Positions 1-9,527 are shown, counted from the stretch's first letter. The stretch: DNA of 36,207 nt from Desulfobulbaceae bacterium (GCA_030627725.1 DAOVSZ010000001.1:1-36207), one strand, 5' to 3'. Notes: a model not told the origin generated them from the letters alone. Translations and numbers: made by a program.

Positions 1-121
1 AAATGGTGAGAGCCCGATCAATAATATCCAGATGCCCCATGGTAATCGGGTCAAAGGTTCCTGGATAAACAGCTATCCTCTCATTCGTGTCCGGAGCGAC
101 AAACGGTTCATGGGAAGTCAC
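1..121 (-). CDS. coaD: phosphopantetheine adenylyltransferase, N-terminal fragment; the gene runs off the left edge
   Basis: The minus-strand translation reads ...[28 protein letters not shown], which is the CoaD nucleotidyltransferase (T/H)xGH signature. A candidate GTG start at 119-121 is preceded by GAGGAG 6 nt upstream. The position downstream of rsmD is the usual rsmD-coaD order. It is not in the ORF track because it is truncated. Confidence 0.75.
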   Translation of the reverse strand, partial: MTSHEPFVAPDTNERIAVYPGTFDPITMGHLDIIDRALTI

Positions 122-197
122 AACACTCTCCTCATTTTCTGGGTTCAAGAAACCATAGTACCACAGAGACCGCAGAGACCACAGAAAGATTTTTTGT

Positions 198-770
198 TTA
201 TACCTGAATCCTATAGAACCAGAAGCCGGTCTCGCCATATTTCCGTTTATCAAAGAGGCCGAGGGCGCCTGCTTGCTCCGGGAGCTTCTCTTCTGCATTC
301 TCTTCTGCGATAACAATGCAGTCCTGATGAAGGAAAGAGGAATTGCCGAGTTCGGAAAGGACCCGTGCCCCCATATTTTTCCCATAAGGAGGGTCAAGAA
401 AGACCAGGTCGAAACCATCCGACCTCGCCAGGTCCTCCAAAAAAAGAAGGCCTTTTGTCAGGTCCCGCCGCACAACAACGGATCCGTCCAAAAGGCCGCA
501 TATTTCAATATTCTTTTTAATAAGGGAAAGTGAGGTCTGAAGGTTATCGACAAAAACAGCAGATGCTGCTCCCCTGCTCAAGGACTCAAGCCCGAATGCG
601 CCGGTGCCGGCGAAAAGGTCAAGGACATGGGCCTCTTGAACAGAATGACCGATGATGTTGAAAAGGGCCTCCCTGGCACGGTCGGATGTCGGACGGATAG
701 GGTCTTTTCCAGGCATTGCCTTTGGTGTAATCAGCCTCCGCCCCCGTACTTTCCCGCCTATGATCCGCAA
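198..770 (-). CDS. rsmD: 16S rRNA (guanine966-N2)-methyltransferase RsmD
   Basis: 190 aa. The N-terminus [13 protein letters not shown], the SAM motif [19 protein letters not shown] and the catalytic DPPY (FLDPPYG) are present. It uses a TTG start. Confidence 0.85.
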   Translation of the reverse strand: MRIIGGKVRGRRLITPKAMPGKDPIRPTSDRAREALFNIIGHSVQEAHVLDLFAGTGAFGLESLSRGAASAVFVDNLQTSLSLIKKNIEICGLLDGSVVVRRDLTKGLLFLEDLARSDGFDLVFLDPPYGKNMGARVLSELGNSSFLHQDCIVIAEENAEEKLPEQAGALGLFDKRKYGETGFWFYRIQV

Positions 771-787
771 TGATTCAAGCCTATACC

Positions 788-815
788 TTCTTTCTTCTTT
801 CTTCTGCCTTCTGCC
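788..815. repeat. heptamer tandem array TTCTTTC x2 followed by TTCTGCC x2 in the asd-rsmD spacer
   Basis: Read directly from the sequence: ttctttc ttctttc ttctgcc ttctgcc. The TTCTGCC heptamer recurs in tandem at 13040-13060. Confidence 0.6.
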
Positions 816-822
816 TAAGGTA

Positions 823-1845
823 CTACAGATACTCGTGAATCAGAACCTCCGCGATCTGGACGGTATTCAAGGCGGCGCCTTTTAAGATATTATCCGACAC
901 CACCCACAGATTAATCCCGTTTTCAATCGACTCATCCTCGCGGATTCGTCCGACCAGGGTCTCAAATTTCCCGGCACAGTCAACGGCAAGCGGATATTGC
1001 AGGTTTTCCGGGTCATCTACGAGCTTCACTCCCGGCGCGTCTTGTAACAGATTTTTGACCTCTTCCGCCGTGATCTTTTTTCCGGTCTCAATATTCACCG
1101 ACTCCGAGTGGCCGTAAAAAACCGGCACCCTGACCGTGGTCGCGGTGACGCCAATGGAAGGATCTTCAAAAATTTTGCGGGTCTCATTCACCATCTTCAT
1201 CTCTTCCTTGGTGTATCCGTTCGGAAGGAAAGAATCGATATGCGGCAGACAGTTGAAGGCGATCTGATGCGGATAGACCTCATGCGACATGTCCCTGCCA
1301 TCGGCATACGCCATCACCTGGTCCTTCAGCTCCTCAATGGCCTTGGCCCCGGTACCGGAAACAGCCTGGTAGGTTGAGACCACAATCCGTTTGATGCCGA
1401 CCGCATCGACAATCGGCTTTAAGGCAACCAGCATCTGGATGGTGGAACAATTCGGATTGGCGATGATCCCGCGTTTCTTATACTGGGCAATTGCGTGCGG
1501 ATTGACCTCAGGCACAACAAGCGGTATCTCCGGATCCATTCTGTAGGCGCTTGAATTGTCAACCACCACAGCGCCGGCCTCGGCAGCCGCCGGGCCGAAT
1601 TCGAGCGACCGGGACGCGCCGGCGGAAAAAAGGGCCACATCAATGCCGTCAAAGGCGTCCTTACTCAACAGCTGGACAGCTATCTCTTCGCCTTTAAACT
1701 TTAACTTCTTCCCCACAGACCGTTCCGAGGCAAGAAGCCTCAGTTCCGCAATCGGAAAATCCCGCCTTTCAAGAACATCAAGCATGGCGCCGCCCACAGC
1801 GCCGGTCGCGCCCGCAACCGCGACATTATATTTTCGAATACTCAT
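823..1845 (-). CDS. asd: aspartate-semialdehyde dehydrogenase
   Basis: 340 aa. It has the N-terminal NAD(P) fold VAVAGATGAVGG, the active-site region IIANPNCSTIQM, and full-length Asd-like sequence. Confidence 0.95.
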   Translation of the reverse strand: MSIRKYNVAVAGATGAVGGAMLDVLERRDFPIAELRLLASERSVGKKLKFKGEEIAVQLLSKDAFDGIDVALFSAGASRSLEFGPAAAEAGAVVVDNSSAYRMDPEIPLVVPEVNPHAIAQYKKRGIIANPNCSTIQMLVALKPIVDAVGIKRIVVSTYQAVSGTGAKAIEELKDQVMAYADGRDMSHEVYPHQIAFNCLPHIDSFLPNGYTKEEMKMVNETRKIFEDPSIGVTATTVRVPVFYGHSESVNIETGKKITAEEVKNLLQDAPGVKLVDDPENLQYPLAVDCAGKFETLVGRIREDESIENGINLWVVSDNILKGAALNTVQIAEVLIHEYL

Positions 1846-1855
1846 AGTTGTCCCT

Positions 1856-2914
1856 CTACACAGCGCTGGCGACTAGATCGCCGACTTCCTTTGTCCCATA
1901 TCCCATCTTGCCGGCGGAAAGACTCGTCAACTTCTCGGCAACAACTCTCTTGATGGCATTTTCAATCCCGACAGCGGCCTCGGTTTCGCCCAGATAATCC
2001 ATCATCATCTGCGCTGACCCGATTGCGGCCAGAGGATTAATCACATTCAAGCCGGTATACTTGGGTGCGGAGCCGCCGATCGGTTCAAACATGCTGACCC
2101 CTTCCGGGTTGATATTTCCGCCCGCGGCAATACCCATACCACCCTGGATCATGGCGCCCAGGTCGGTGATGATATCACCGAACATATTGTCCGTCACAAT
2201 GACGTCAAACCATTCCGGATTCTTCACCATCCACATACAGGTCGCATCCACATGGGCGTAATCGGTCTTGATGTCCGGGTATTCCTCTGCTACCTCGTAA
2301 AAGGCCCTCTCCCAGAGATCAAAGGCAAAAGTGAGGACGTTTGTCTTTCCGCACAGGGTCACCTGCTTTCTCTTGTTCCGTTTCCGGGCATATTCGAACG
2401 CAAAACGGATACACCGCTCCACACCTTTCCTGGTATTGATGGAGTCCTGCACCGCCACTTCATCAGCTGTTCCTTTTTTCAACACGCCGCCTGCGCCGGC
2501 ATAGAGTCCTTCCGTATTTTCCCTGACCACGACAAAATCAATATCCTCAGGTGTCTTGTCCTTCAAGGGGGTCTCCACATTCGGATACAGGATGACCGGC
2601 CTCAGATTCACATACTGGTCCAGGGCAAACCGCAGGTGCAACAAGATTCCCTTTTCCAGGATACCCGGTTTCACATCAGGATGACCGATGGCGCCAAGAA
2701 AAATCGCATCATTCTTAGACAGTTCCTCGACAGCATTTTCCGGCAGGACCTCACCGGTCTTCAGATATCTGTCTCCACCATAATCAAAATGGGTGTACTC
2801 CAGTGAAAAATCAAATTTCTTTGCAGCAGCATCAAGGACCTTGACACCCTCATCAACAACTTCCGGACCGGTGCCGTCGCCCGGCATCAGGGCAATTTTA
2901 TACGTTTTTCCCAT
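1856..2914 (-). CDS. leuB: 3-isopropylmalate dehydrogenase (isocitrate/isopropylmalate dehydrogenase family)
   Basis: The family motifs IALMPGDGTGPEV, VRENTEGLY and NMFGDIITDL are present. I trimmed the start to MGKTYKIAL (ATG at 2912-2914), because the longer track ORF would overlap the leuA stop. Confidence 0.9.
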   Translation of the reverse strand: MGKTYKIALMPGDGTGPEVVDEGVKVLDAAAKKFDFSLEYTHFDYGGDRYLKTGEVLPENAVEELSKNDAIFLGAIGHPDVKPGILEKGILLHLRFALDQYVNLRPVILYPNVETPLKDKTPEDIDFVVVRENTEGLYAGAGGVLKKGTADEVAVQDSINTRKGVERCIRFAFEYARKRNKRKQVTLCGKTNVLTFAFDLWERAFYEVAEEYPDIKTDYAHVDATCMWMVKNPEWFDVIVTDNMFGDIITDLGAMIQGGMGIAAGGNINPEGVSMFEPIGGSAPKYTGLNVINPLAAIGSAQMMMDYLGETEAAVGIENAIKRVVAEKLTSLSAGKMGYGTKEVGDLVASAV

Positions 2915-2927
2915 AATTCTTCTAACC

Positions 2928-4448
2928 TCATTTAGATTCTTTATTAAGATACACAAGCCTGTTTAATCCATTCAGATAGGCCTTGGCAGCTGCGGTAATG
3001 ATATCCGGATCAGTTCCCTGCCCGACCACCACCTTTCCTTCGTCCTCGATTCGCACCAGCACATCCCCTTGCGCATCAGTGCCGCCGGTGATGGAATTGA
3101 CCGAAAAGTACAAGAGCTTGCTGCGGGTCTTGGTCAGCTGCGCTATCGCCCTGAAGGTAGCGTCAATAGGACCGACGCCAATGGCCGAGCCTTCCAGTTC
3201 CCGTCCGTCGATAATCATCTTGAGCGCGGCTGTCGGCAGTGTCTTGCTCCCACTCATAACCCCGAGGGACAACAGTTTATACGTTTCCGGGATGCGCAGG
3301 ACCTCATCCATCAAAATGGATTCCAGGTCCTCCTCGAACATCTCCTTCTTGACATCAGCCAGCTGCTTGAACCGCCCGAAAACCCGGTTGATCTCATCAT
3401 CGGTCAGGGTATATCCCATGGATTCAATCCGCTGTTTCAAGGCATGGCGGCCTGAATGCTTTCCAAGCACGATATTGCCTTCAGTCAGACCGATATCACG
3501 GGGATTCATTATCTCATAGGTTGTCCGCTCCTTTAAGACGCCGTCCTGGTGAATTCCCGCCTCATGGGCAAATGCATTGGCGCCGACAATGGCCTTATTC
3601 GGCTGCACATGGATACCTGTAATCGAAGTTACCAGGTTGCTGGATGCATGGATCTGCTCGGTAACGATATCCGTATGAACATGCATCCGGTCCGCCCTGG
3701 TCCGTACGGCCATCACCAGTTCTTCCATGGCGGTATTTCCTGCGCGCTCTCCAAGTCCGTTCACTGTACACTCTACCTGCCGGGCGCCGCTTTTGATTGC
3801 GGCCAGTGAGTTTGCCACTGCAAGTCCCAGATCATTGTGGCAATGGACACTCATCACCGCCTTGTCAATGCTGGGAATGTTTTCCATCAGGTACCGGACC
3901 TGCTCTCCGAACTCCTCCGGCAAGGCGTAGCCTGTGGTATCGGGATAATTAAGCGTTGTTGCCCCGGCCTTGATCACAGCCTCAAAGACCTCACAGACAA
4001 AATCCAGATCACTGCGCGAGGCATCTTCTGCTGAAAACTCGATGTTTGAAGTATATTTCGCCGCATGCCTGACCGACTCAACCGCAAGCTCAAGGACCTG
4101 CTCCCGGTTCATCTTGAGCTTGTGCTTCATGTGAATGTCCGAGGTGGCGAGAAAGGTATGGATCCTCGGGGCCTCGGCAAATTTAAGCGCCTCCCAGGCA
4201 GCATCAATGTCTTTCTTATTGGTTCGGGCAAGGCCTGCTACCTGAACGTCCTTGATGCGGTCTGCAATATTTTTCACACAGTCAAAATCTCCGGTCGATG
4301 CTACGGGAAACCCTGCCTCAATCACATCAACGTTGAGTTTCACCAACTGCTGGGCAAGACGGAATTTTTCCTGAATGTTCATGCTGGCGCCAGGCGATTG
4401 TTCACCGTCGCGTAATGTCGTATCAAAAATTATTATCTTGTCTGACAT
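2928..4448 (-). CDS. leuA: 2-isopropylmalate synthase
   Basis: 506 aa. It has FDTTLRDGEQSPG, HCHNDLGLAVANS, and a C-terminal LeuA dimerisation/regulatory region. Confidence 0.95.
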   Translation of the reverse strand: MSDKIIIFDTTLRDGEQSPGASMNIQEKFRLAQQLVKLNVDVIEAGFPVASTGDFDCVKNIADRIKDVQVAGLARTNKKDIDAAWEALKFAEAPRIHTFLATSDIHMKHKLKMNREQVLELAVESVRHAAKYTSNIEFSAEDASRSDLDFVCEVFEAVIKAGATTLNYPDTTGYALPEEFGEQVRYLMENIPSIDKAVMSVHCHNDLGLAVANSLAAIKSGARQVECTVNGLGERAGNTAMEELVMAVRTRADRMHVHTDIVTEQIHASSNLVTSITGIHVQPNKAIVGANAFAHEAGIHQDGVLKERTTYEIMNPRDIGLTEGNIVLGKHSGRHALKQRIESMGYTLTDDEINRVFGRFKQLADVKKEMFEEDLESILMDEVLRIPETYKLLSLGVMSGSKTLPTAALKMIIDGRELEGSAIGVGPIDATFRAIAQLTKTRSKLLYFSVNSITGGTDAQGDVLVRIEDEGKVVVGQGTDPDIITAAAKAYLNGLNRLVYLNKESK

Positions 4449-4491
4449 TGTCTTTCTCCGAAACTCTGTGCCTTTATGCCTTTAACCCTAT

Positions 4492-5157
4492 CTATTCTTC
4501 CTCATCCTCAGAACTTCCCAAATATCCCAGAACCGTCTCTCCAGCCTTGACAATCGCGCCTGGCGCAACCTCAATCTTTGCCTGCATCGGCAGATAGAGA
4601 TCAACCCGTGATCCAAACTGGATAATCCCGAACCGCCGGCCCCGTTCAAGCCGTTCGCCTTTTTCCGCCCGGCAGACAATACGGCGGGCGACAAGACCGG
4701 CTATCTGAACAACGGCAAAACGCTTTTCATTATCGCCGGTAAGCACCACCCCGCAGGATTCATTGTCCAGCCCGCCGCGCTCTGTATTGGCGGAATAGAA
4801 TTTTCCGGGTGAATAGACAATCTTATCCACTGTCCCACAGAGAGGCATCCGGTTGACATGTACATCAAAGATGTTCATGAAAATACTGACCTTCTGGACA
4901 TGATCGTTGAGATACCGTTCGTCAAAAGTTTTTTCTATCCGGAGGATCCTGCCGTCAGCCGGTGAAACAATCGCATCATCCCGGTCAGGACAAATCCGCT
5001 CCGGGTCTCTGAAAAAGTACGTCACAAAGGCGCAGAGAAAAAGTACAAGCAAGGCAAAAAAATCGTATTCAAGCAAGGCCATTATACCAGCAGCAAAGGC
5101 TGCAACCGCGATATAAGGATATCCTTCAAGGGCTATGGGGATTCTTGATTGTTTCAT
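4492..5157 (-). CDS. psd: phosphatidylserine decarboxylase proenzyme (short, archaeal-type)
   Basis: 221 aa with two N-terminal TM helices. It carries the self-cleavage motif FGSRV (IIQFGSRVDLYLP) that generates the pyruvoyl group. Confidence 0.9.
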   Translation of the reverse strand: MKQSRIPIALEGYPYIAVAAFAAGIMALLEYDFFALLVLFLCAFVTYFFRDPERICPDRDDAIVSPADGRILRIEKTFDERYLNDHVQKVSIFMNIFDVHVNRMPLCGTVDKIVYSPGKFYSANTERGGLDNESCGVVLTGDNEKRFAVVQIAGLVARRIVCRAEKGERLERGRRFGIIQFGSRVDLYLPMQAKIEVAPGAIVKAGETVLGYLGSSEDEEE

Positions 5158-5185
5158 TTTTCACCACGCATGTCTGAAGCTCGAT

Positions 5186-5249
5186 AAAAAAAGAACTGAT
5201 ACCCCACATACAGGCCTTATAAAAAGGCCCGTTCATAAGGTATCAGTTC
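5186..5249 (-). terminator. intrinsic terminator or attenuator hairpin between ilvN and psd
   Basis: Minus-strand RNA has an 11-bp stem, GAACUGAUACC (5249-5239) with GGUAUCAGUUC (5203-5193). It encloses an inner 6-bp GGCCUU/AAGGCC hairpin and is followed by U7 (5192-5186). The psd ATG lies about 30 nt further downstream. Confidence 0.55.
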
Positions 5250-5461
5250 AAATTAATTTTAAAAACGTAAAACGTGAACAGTCGGCTAAGGATTAAGGAT
5301 TAATGTTTGTAACCATTCACCGGGGGGCTACAGATTTACGGAGACCTCCGTCATGAAAGCGTTTACCAGTGCCTTAGATTTGTTCGTTTGGGCCTTTGAA
5401 CTATAGCCCCTCTATGTGAGAAGGGCAAAATGGACGAAGATGAGGTGCTGGTGAACGCTTA

Positions 5462-5944
5462 CTACTGTTTCTTTGCCCTGGACATGGCAATCAGGCCGGT
5501 CTTGATGATCTCCTGGATACCGATAGGCCGCAGGATATCAATGACCGCCCTGATCTTATCAGCCGTTCCGGTCACTTCAACAGCATAGCTCTTCGAACTG
5601 ACATCCACGACCTTTCCCCTGAAGATATCAATAACGCGGAGGACTTCGGCTCTCGTATTCGCCTCGGCCTTGACCCTGATGAGAACCATCTCGCGTTCAA
5701 CATATTCGGTTTCACTCATGTCCGTGACCTTGATCACATCGATGAGTTTGTGGAGTTGTTTGGTAATCTGCTCAACAATGGCGTCATCACCCGAGGTGAC
5801 CAGCGTCAGGCAGGAAATACCGGTCTCAAGTGTCTGCGCAACAGACAGACTCTCTATATTAAAACCCCTGCCACTGAACAGTCCGGTGACACGGGACAGA
5901 ACTCCCGGTTTATTCTGCAGTAATACTGAAATGGTGTGTTTCAT
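5462..5944 (-). CDS. ilvN: acetolactate synthase small (regulatory) subunit
   Basis: 160 aa. The ACT-domain N-terminus reads HTISVLLQNKPGVLSRVTGLFSGRGFNIESL. It sits directly downstream of the large subunit. Confidence 0.9.
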   Translation of the reverse strand: MKHTISVLLQNKPGVLSRVTGLFSGRGFNIESLSVAQTLETGISCLTLVTSGDDAIVEQITKQLHKLIDVIKVTDMSETEYVEREMVLIRVKAEANTRAEVLRVIDIFRGKVVDVSSKSYAVEVTGTADKIRAVIDILRPIGIQEIIKTGLIAMSRAKKQ

Positions 5945-6018
5945 GTGTATACCCTACGTTTTCTTCAATTGATATGTCTACAAAAGAGCGTTCACGAACT
6001 CTTGCAGTATCTAGGAGT

Positions 6019-7719
6019 TTAAACCAAAAGCATCTCGGTTGTAGCCTTGCCCGCGGGAACCATCGGGTAGACGCCCTCTTCTCTCGCTATGACAAAGTCC
6101 ATAATGACGATGTTATCTGTCGCGAGCGCCTCTTTAATCACAGGCTCAACCTCGCTCGGCTTGGTTGCCCGCAGCCCGACAGCGCCATAAGCCTCTGCCA
6201 GTTTTACAAAATCCGGGGCTGTCTCAAGTCCGGTATGGGCATATTTCTTGTCATAGAAAAGTTCCTGCCATTGCCTGACCATGCCGAGATAACCGTTGTT
6301 CAGGATAGCGATCTTGACCGGACACTTATACTGCCGGGCAGTGGCAAGCTCCTGAATATTCATCTGAATACTGCCATCACCGGCAATATCGATGACTGTT
6401 CTGTCCCGTGCCGCCATCTGAGCGCCGATCGCGGCAGGGAAACCATATCCCATAACGCCTAAACCGCCGGATGTCATAAAGGCCCGGGGGTGATTGAAAT
6501 GGTAAAACTGTGCCGCCCACATCTGATTCTGGCCGACCTCGGTGGTAATGATGGCATCACCCTTGGTCAACTCATGCAGTTTCTGGACAACAAACTGCGG
6601 CTTGATAACATCCGTCTCTTCAATATATCCGAGAGGATGCTCCCTTTTCCATTCCTTAATAGACTCGTGCCAGGCCTGGTGTGAGGCAACAACTGCATCG
6701 CGGTCGAAATCCTTTTTTCTTTTAAACCATGAGTTTATAAAATAAAGGGCATGCCTGCAATCAGCCACTATGGGGATATCAACGTCAACGTTTTTACTGA
6801 TGGAAGTCGGGTCAATATCAATATGAATGATCTTTGCATGAGGAGCAAAGGCATCTATTCTGCCGGTAACCCGGTCATCGAATCGTGCGCCGACGGCGAT
6901 CAGAAGATCTGAATTGGCAACCGCCATATTGGAGTAATAGGTCCCGTGCATGCCGAGCATCCCCATGGAAAGGGGATCTGTTCCAGGAAAACCGCCCAGG
7001 CCCATAAGGGTCATGGTCACAGGCATACCCAGATTTCTGGCCAGCTCGGTCAACTCTTCGTGGGCATTTGCGGCAATAACCCCGCCACCGGCATATATGA
7101 CCGGCTTTTTAGCCTTTAAAATGGCCTTGCAGGCCTTTTCAATCTGACCCGGGTGCGGCTCATAGGTAGGCCTGTATGTCCGCATCTTAATAGGCTTCGG
7201 CTCATCAAAATTCATTGTCGCCGCAACAACATCCTTTGGAAGATCAACAAGGACCGGGCCGGGCCTGCCTGTACGTGCAACATGGAAGGCCTCCCTGATG
7301 GTCGGGATCAGGTCTTCAGGGTTCTTGACCAGATAGTTATGCTTTGTGCAGGGCCTGGTAATACCTACAATGTCAACTTCCTGAAAGGCATCGTTGCCGA
7401 TAAGCGGAGTCGGCACCTGGCCGGTAAAAACAACTATCGGAATGGAATCACAGTAGGCCGAAGCAATACCGGTGACCGTATTGGTTGCTCCAGGGCCTGA
7501 TGTAACAAGCGCCACCCCCACTTCACCCTTTACCCTGGCGTATGCATCCGCGGCATGGACCGCAGCCTGCTCATGCCGGACAAGGACATGCGTGATATCT
7601 TCGTTTTTTAGCAGTTCATCGTAGATATCGATGACAGCGCCGCCTGGGAACCCGAAAACGACCTCGACATTCTGTTCCCGGATGCATTTCATTAAAGCCT
7701 GTGCACCTGTGACTTTCAT
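6019..7719 (-). CDS. ilvB: acetolactate synthase large (catalytic) subunit, ThDP-dependent
   Basis: 566 aa. It has FGFPGGAV, the ThDP motif [12 protein letters not shown]...NNGYLGMV, and a full-length AHAS architecture. Confidence 0.95.
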   Translation of the reverse strand: MKVTGAQALMKCIREQNVEVVFGFPGGAVIDIYDELLKNEDITHVLVRHEQAAVHAADAYARVKGEVGVALVTSGPGATNTVTGIASAYCDSIPIVVFTGQVPTPLIGNDAFQEVDIVGITRPCTKHNYLVKNPEDLIPTIREAFHVARTGRPGPVLVDLPKDVVAATMNFDEPKPIKMRTYRPTYEPHPGQIEKACKAILKAKKPVIYAGGGVIAANAHEELTELARNLGMPVTMTLMGLGGFPGTDPLSMGMLGMHGTYYSNMAVANSDLLIAVGARFDDRVTGRIDAFAPHAKIIHIDIDPTSISKNVDVDIPIVADCRHALYFINSWFKRKKDFDRDAVVASHQAWHESIKEWKREHPLGYIEETDVIKPQFVVQKLHELTKGDAIITTEVGQNQMWAAQFYHFNHPRAFMTSGGLGVMGYGFPAAIGAQMAARDRTVIDIAGDGSIQMNIQELATARQYKCPVKIAILNNGYLGMVRQWQELFYDKKYAHTGLETAPDFVKLAEAYGAVGLRATKPSEVEPVIKEALATDNIVIMDFVIAREEGVYPMVPAGKATTEMLLV

Positions 7720-7752
7720 AGATCTATACCTTAGCGTTAATTTTTTAATATT

Positions 7753-7783
7753 GTCCGTCTCGCAAAAAAAGCGCGAGACGGAC
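7753..7783 (-). other. perfect 11-bp hairpin in the ilvB 5' leader, function unknown
   Basis: GTCCGTCTCGC (7753-7763) pairs with GCGAGACGGAC (7773-7783) across a 9-nt A/U-rich loop, about 33 nt upstream of the ilvB ATG. Neither strand has a U-tail after the hairpin. Confidence 0.5.
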
Positions 7784-7939
7784 GCGTTAACCGCCTCTAT
7801 CTTATTGAAATCATTGAAGACGAATTCAGCGATTTCGACTTTTTACGAGGTTATCAATATTGCGGAATTGTTCAACAAAGCGTTGCAAACTACGAAAGGC
7901 TTTGAGAGTCTCACGAAAAAGAAAAATATATAGTAATAA

Positions 7940-8806
7940 TTAAGATTTTGTCAACACGTTTTCACAACTTAGGGCAACCGGGAGTGAAGATCTGGGAAAA
8001 ACTCCGGCCTCTTCGCCTCTCTGGAGAAATTCGATAACAGCAGCGAACCCTTCCTGACCAAGGTCCTCGGAAAAAGAATTCACATAAAGACCGATATGAC
8101 TCCGGATTACATCATCTTCCATTTCCTGAGCATGTTTTTTTATGTATGACATGGCGAGATCAGGATGCGCAACGGCCCAGGTGACACTTTCTCTAATCGC
8201 GGCATCGATCCGGCAGAGGAGGTCCTTTCCCAGCGATCGTTTGGCGGCGATTCCTCCAAGAGGGACAGGAAAACCGGTATGGTCCTCCCACCAGGAACCG
8301 AGGTCACAAATGAGTTTCAACCCATATTGCTGATAGGTAAAACGGCTTTCATGAATAATGACGCCTGCGTCAACTTTTCCGCTCGAAACCGCCGGCATGA
8401 TCTCATCAAAGCGCATAATCTCAATATTCCTGCATTCAGGCGCATAGAGATTTAACAGCATTGCCGCAGTGGTATACTTTCCTGGAACGGCAATCTTCTT
8501 TTCAGAAAGATCGCCATCACTCTCTTTTGCCACCAGCAAAGGACCGCAGCCCCGGCCAAGGGCGCTGCCCGAGGTAAGCAGGGTGTAAGTGTCCCGGACA
8601 TGACCAAAGGCATGAAAAGAGAGCTTTGTAATATCGAGCCGGGCCTCAAACGCCCACAGATTCAGGGTCTCCACATCTTCGAGAACAGGATGATCAAACG
8701 CAAACCCTCCGTCTTTCAGCTTGCCGTGGAGCAGCGCATAAAAGATGAACGTATCATTAGGACACGGGGATATGCCTAAAGAGAGGTTTTTCTGGTTTTC
8801 CGACAT
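7940..8806 (-). CDS. mqnD: 1,4-dihydroxy-6-naphthoate synthase (futalosine pathway)
   Basis: 288 aa. The N-terminus LSLGISPCPNDTFIFYAL is typical of MqnD (VitK2_biosynth family). It is adjacent to an MqnB-like gene. Confidence 0.85.
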   Translation of the reverse strand: MSENQKNLSLGISPCPNDTFIFYALLHGKLKDGGFAFDHPVLEDVETLNLWAFEARLDITKLSFHAFGHVRDTYTLLTSGSALGRGCGPLLVAKESDGDLSEKKIAVPGKYTTAAMLLNLYAPECRNIEIMRFDEIMPAVSSGKVDAGVIIHESRFTYQQYGLKLICDLGSWWEDHTGFPVPLGGIAAKRSLGKDLLCRIDAAIRESVTWAVAHPDLAMSYIKKHAQEMEDDVIRSHIGLYVNSFSEDLGQEGFAAVIEFLQRGEEAGVFPRSSLPVALSCENVLTKS

Positions 8807-8847
8807 TGATAAATCCAGCAGTTAGCGCTTTACTCTGTGCCTGTCTT

Positions 8848-9522
8848 TTACTCCTTCTTCCATTCCGATACGATCTTTACAACAACCTCTGCACATCTCT
8901 CAATCGCTTCATTCAGTTTCCAGGCCGAGACGTCTCTGTCTTCAACCAGGTTGCTGACACAGCGGATCTCTAAAAATAGCAGCCCCACCTCTTTACAGAC
9001 CCGGGCCAGGGCGGCGCCCTCCATATTCTCACACATTGCCTGATGAGAGTCTCTGAGAAAGACGCCTCGAGCCGCAGTCCCGCTCACACTGTTTACGGTG
9101 ACAAAATTCCCATCATGATAGCTGATCAGATTCCGGTCTAAAATCGAGCGGGCATGGGCAAGGGTCTGGTTATCGAAAGGAAATTCAGTCTCAAACGGCA
9201 GGCCGGGAACGTCAAAAGAATCTACCCGGTCAGGAAAACAGATGCCGAGGTCCCCAAGGATTTCCTTTCCTGCAAGGCAGATATCGAGGACACTGACACC
9301 GGTCTCTAAAAAAGCCCCGGCAACCCCGAAGTTCACAACCGCTTCAATATCTTTTTTTTCAGCAGCAAGATTTTTTCTATCTCCTGCAAAAAAAGAACAG
9401 AACCTGACAGCCGCCTCCACCGGCCCCATGCCACAGACAAGAAATTCCACCCCAGCCTCCAACGGCAGTCTCTCGCGCAGGGCGGCCATCTCATCGTCTG
9501 TTGCAGCAACGAGAAGAAGCAT
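8848..9522 (-). CDS. mqnB: futalosine hydrolase (PNP/UDP-1 nucleosidase fold)
   Basis: 224 aa. It has a nucleosidase-like pattern (LVCGMGPVEAA, NFGVAGAF, ENMEGAALA), the size of MqnB, and lies next to mqnD. Confidence 0.75.
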   Translation of the reverse strand: MLLLVAATDDEMAALRERLPLEAGVEFLVCGMGPVEAAVRFCSFFAGDRKNLAAEKKDIEAVVNFGVAGAFLETGVSVLDICLAGKEILGDLGICFPDRVDSFDVPGLPFETEFPFDNQTLAHARSILDRNLISYHDGNFVTVNSVSGTAARGVFLRDSHQAMCENMEGAALARVCKEVGLLFLEIRCVSNLVEDRDVSAWKLNEAIERCAEVVVKIVSEWKKE

Positions 9523-9527
9523 CCGAC

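Noticed and set aside
1856-2956. N-terminal extensions of track ORFs: leuB to 2956, HU to 29987, CheR from 18764, tsaD from 34543 and the REC gene from 19811.
   Set aside because: In each case an internal start gives the canonical family N-terminus, has a better Shine-Dalgarno sequence, and removes an overlap with the upstream gene or repeat.
5303-5402. Plus-strand micro-ORFs in the ilvN-psd spacer: 16 aa starting after AAGGATTAAGGATTA, and 17 aa MKAFTSALDLFVWAFEL.
   Set aside because: They lie on the strand opposite to all surrounding transcription. The SD-like AAGGA is part of a tandem repeat, and nothing else supports them.
5323-5414. Possible SRP (4.5S) RNA, suggested by GTTTACCAG and a GGGGGCT...AGCCCC closing helix.
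   Set aside because: The conserved SRP domain IV core (GGAAGCAGCC and its symmetric loop) is absent on both strands. The similarity is limited to a 9-mer.
7753-7783. The ilvB-leader hairpin as the terminator of mqnD.
   Set aside because: On the minus strand the stem is followed by AAUAUUAAAAAA and not by a U-tract. On the plus strand no gene reads into it.
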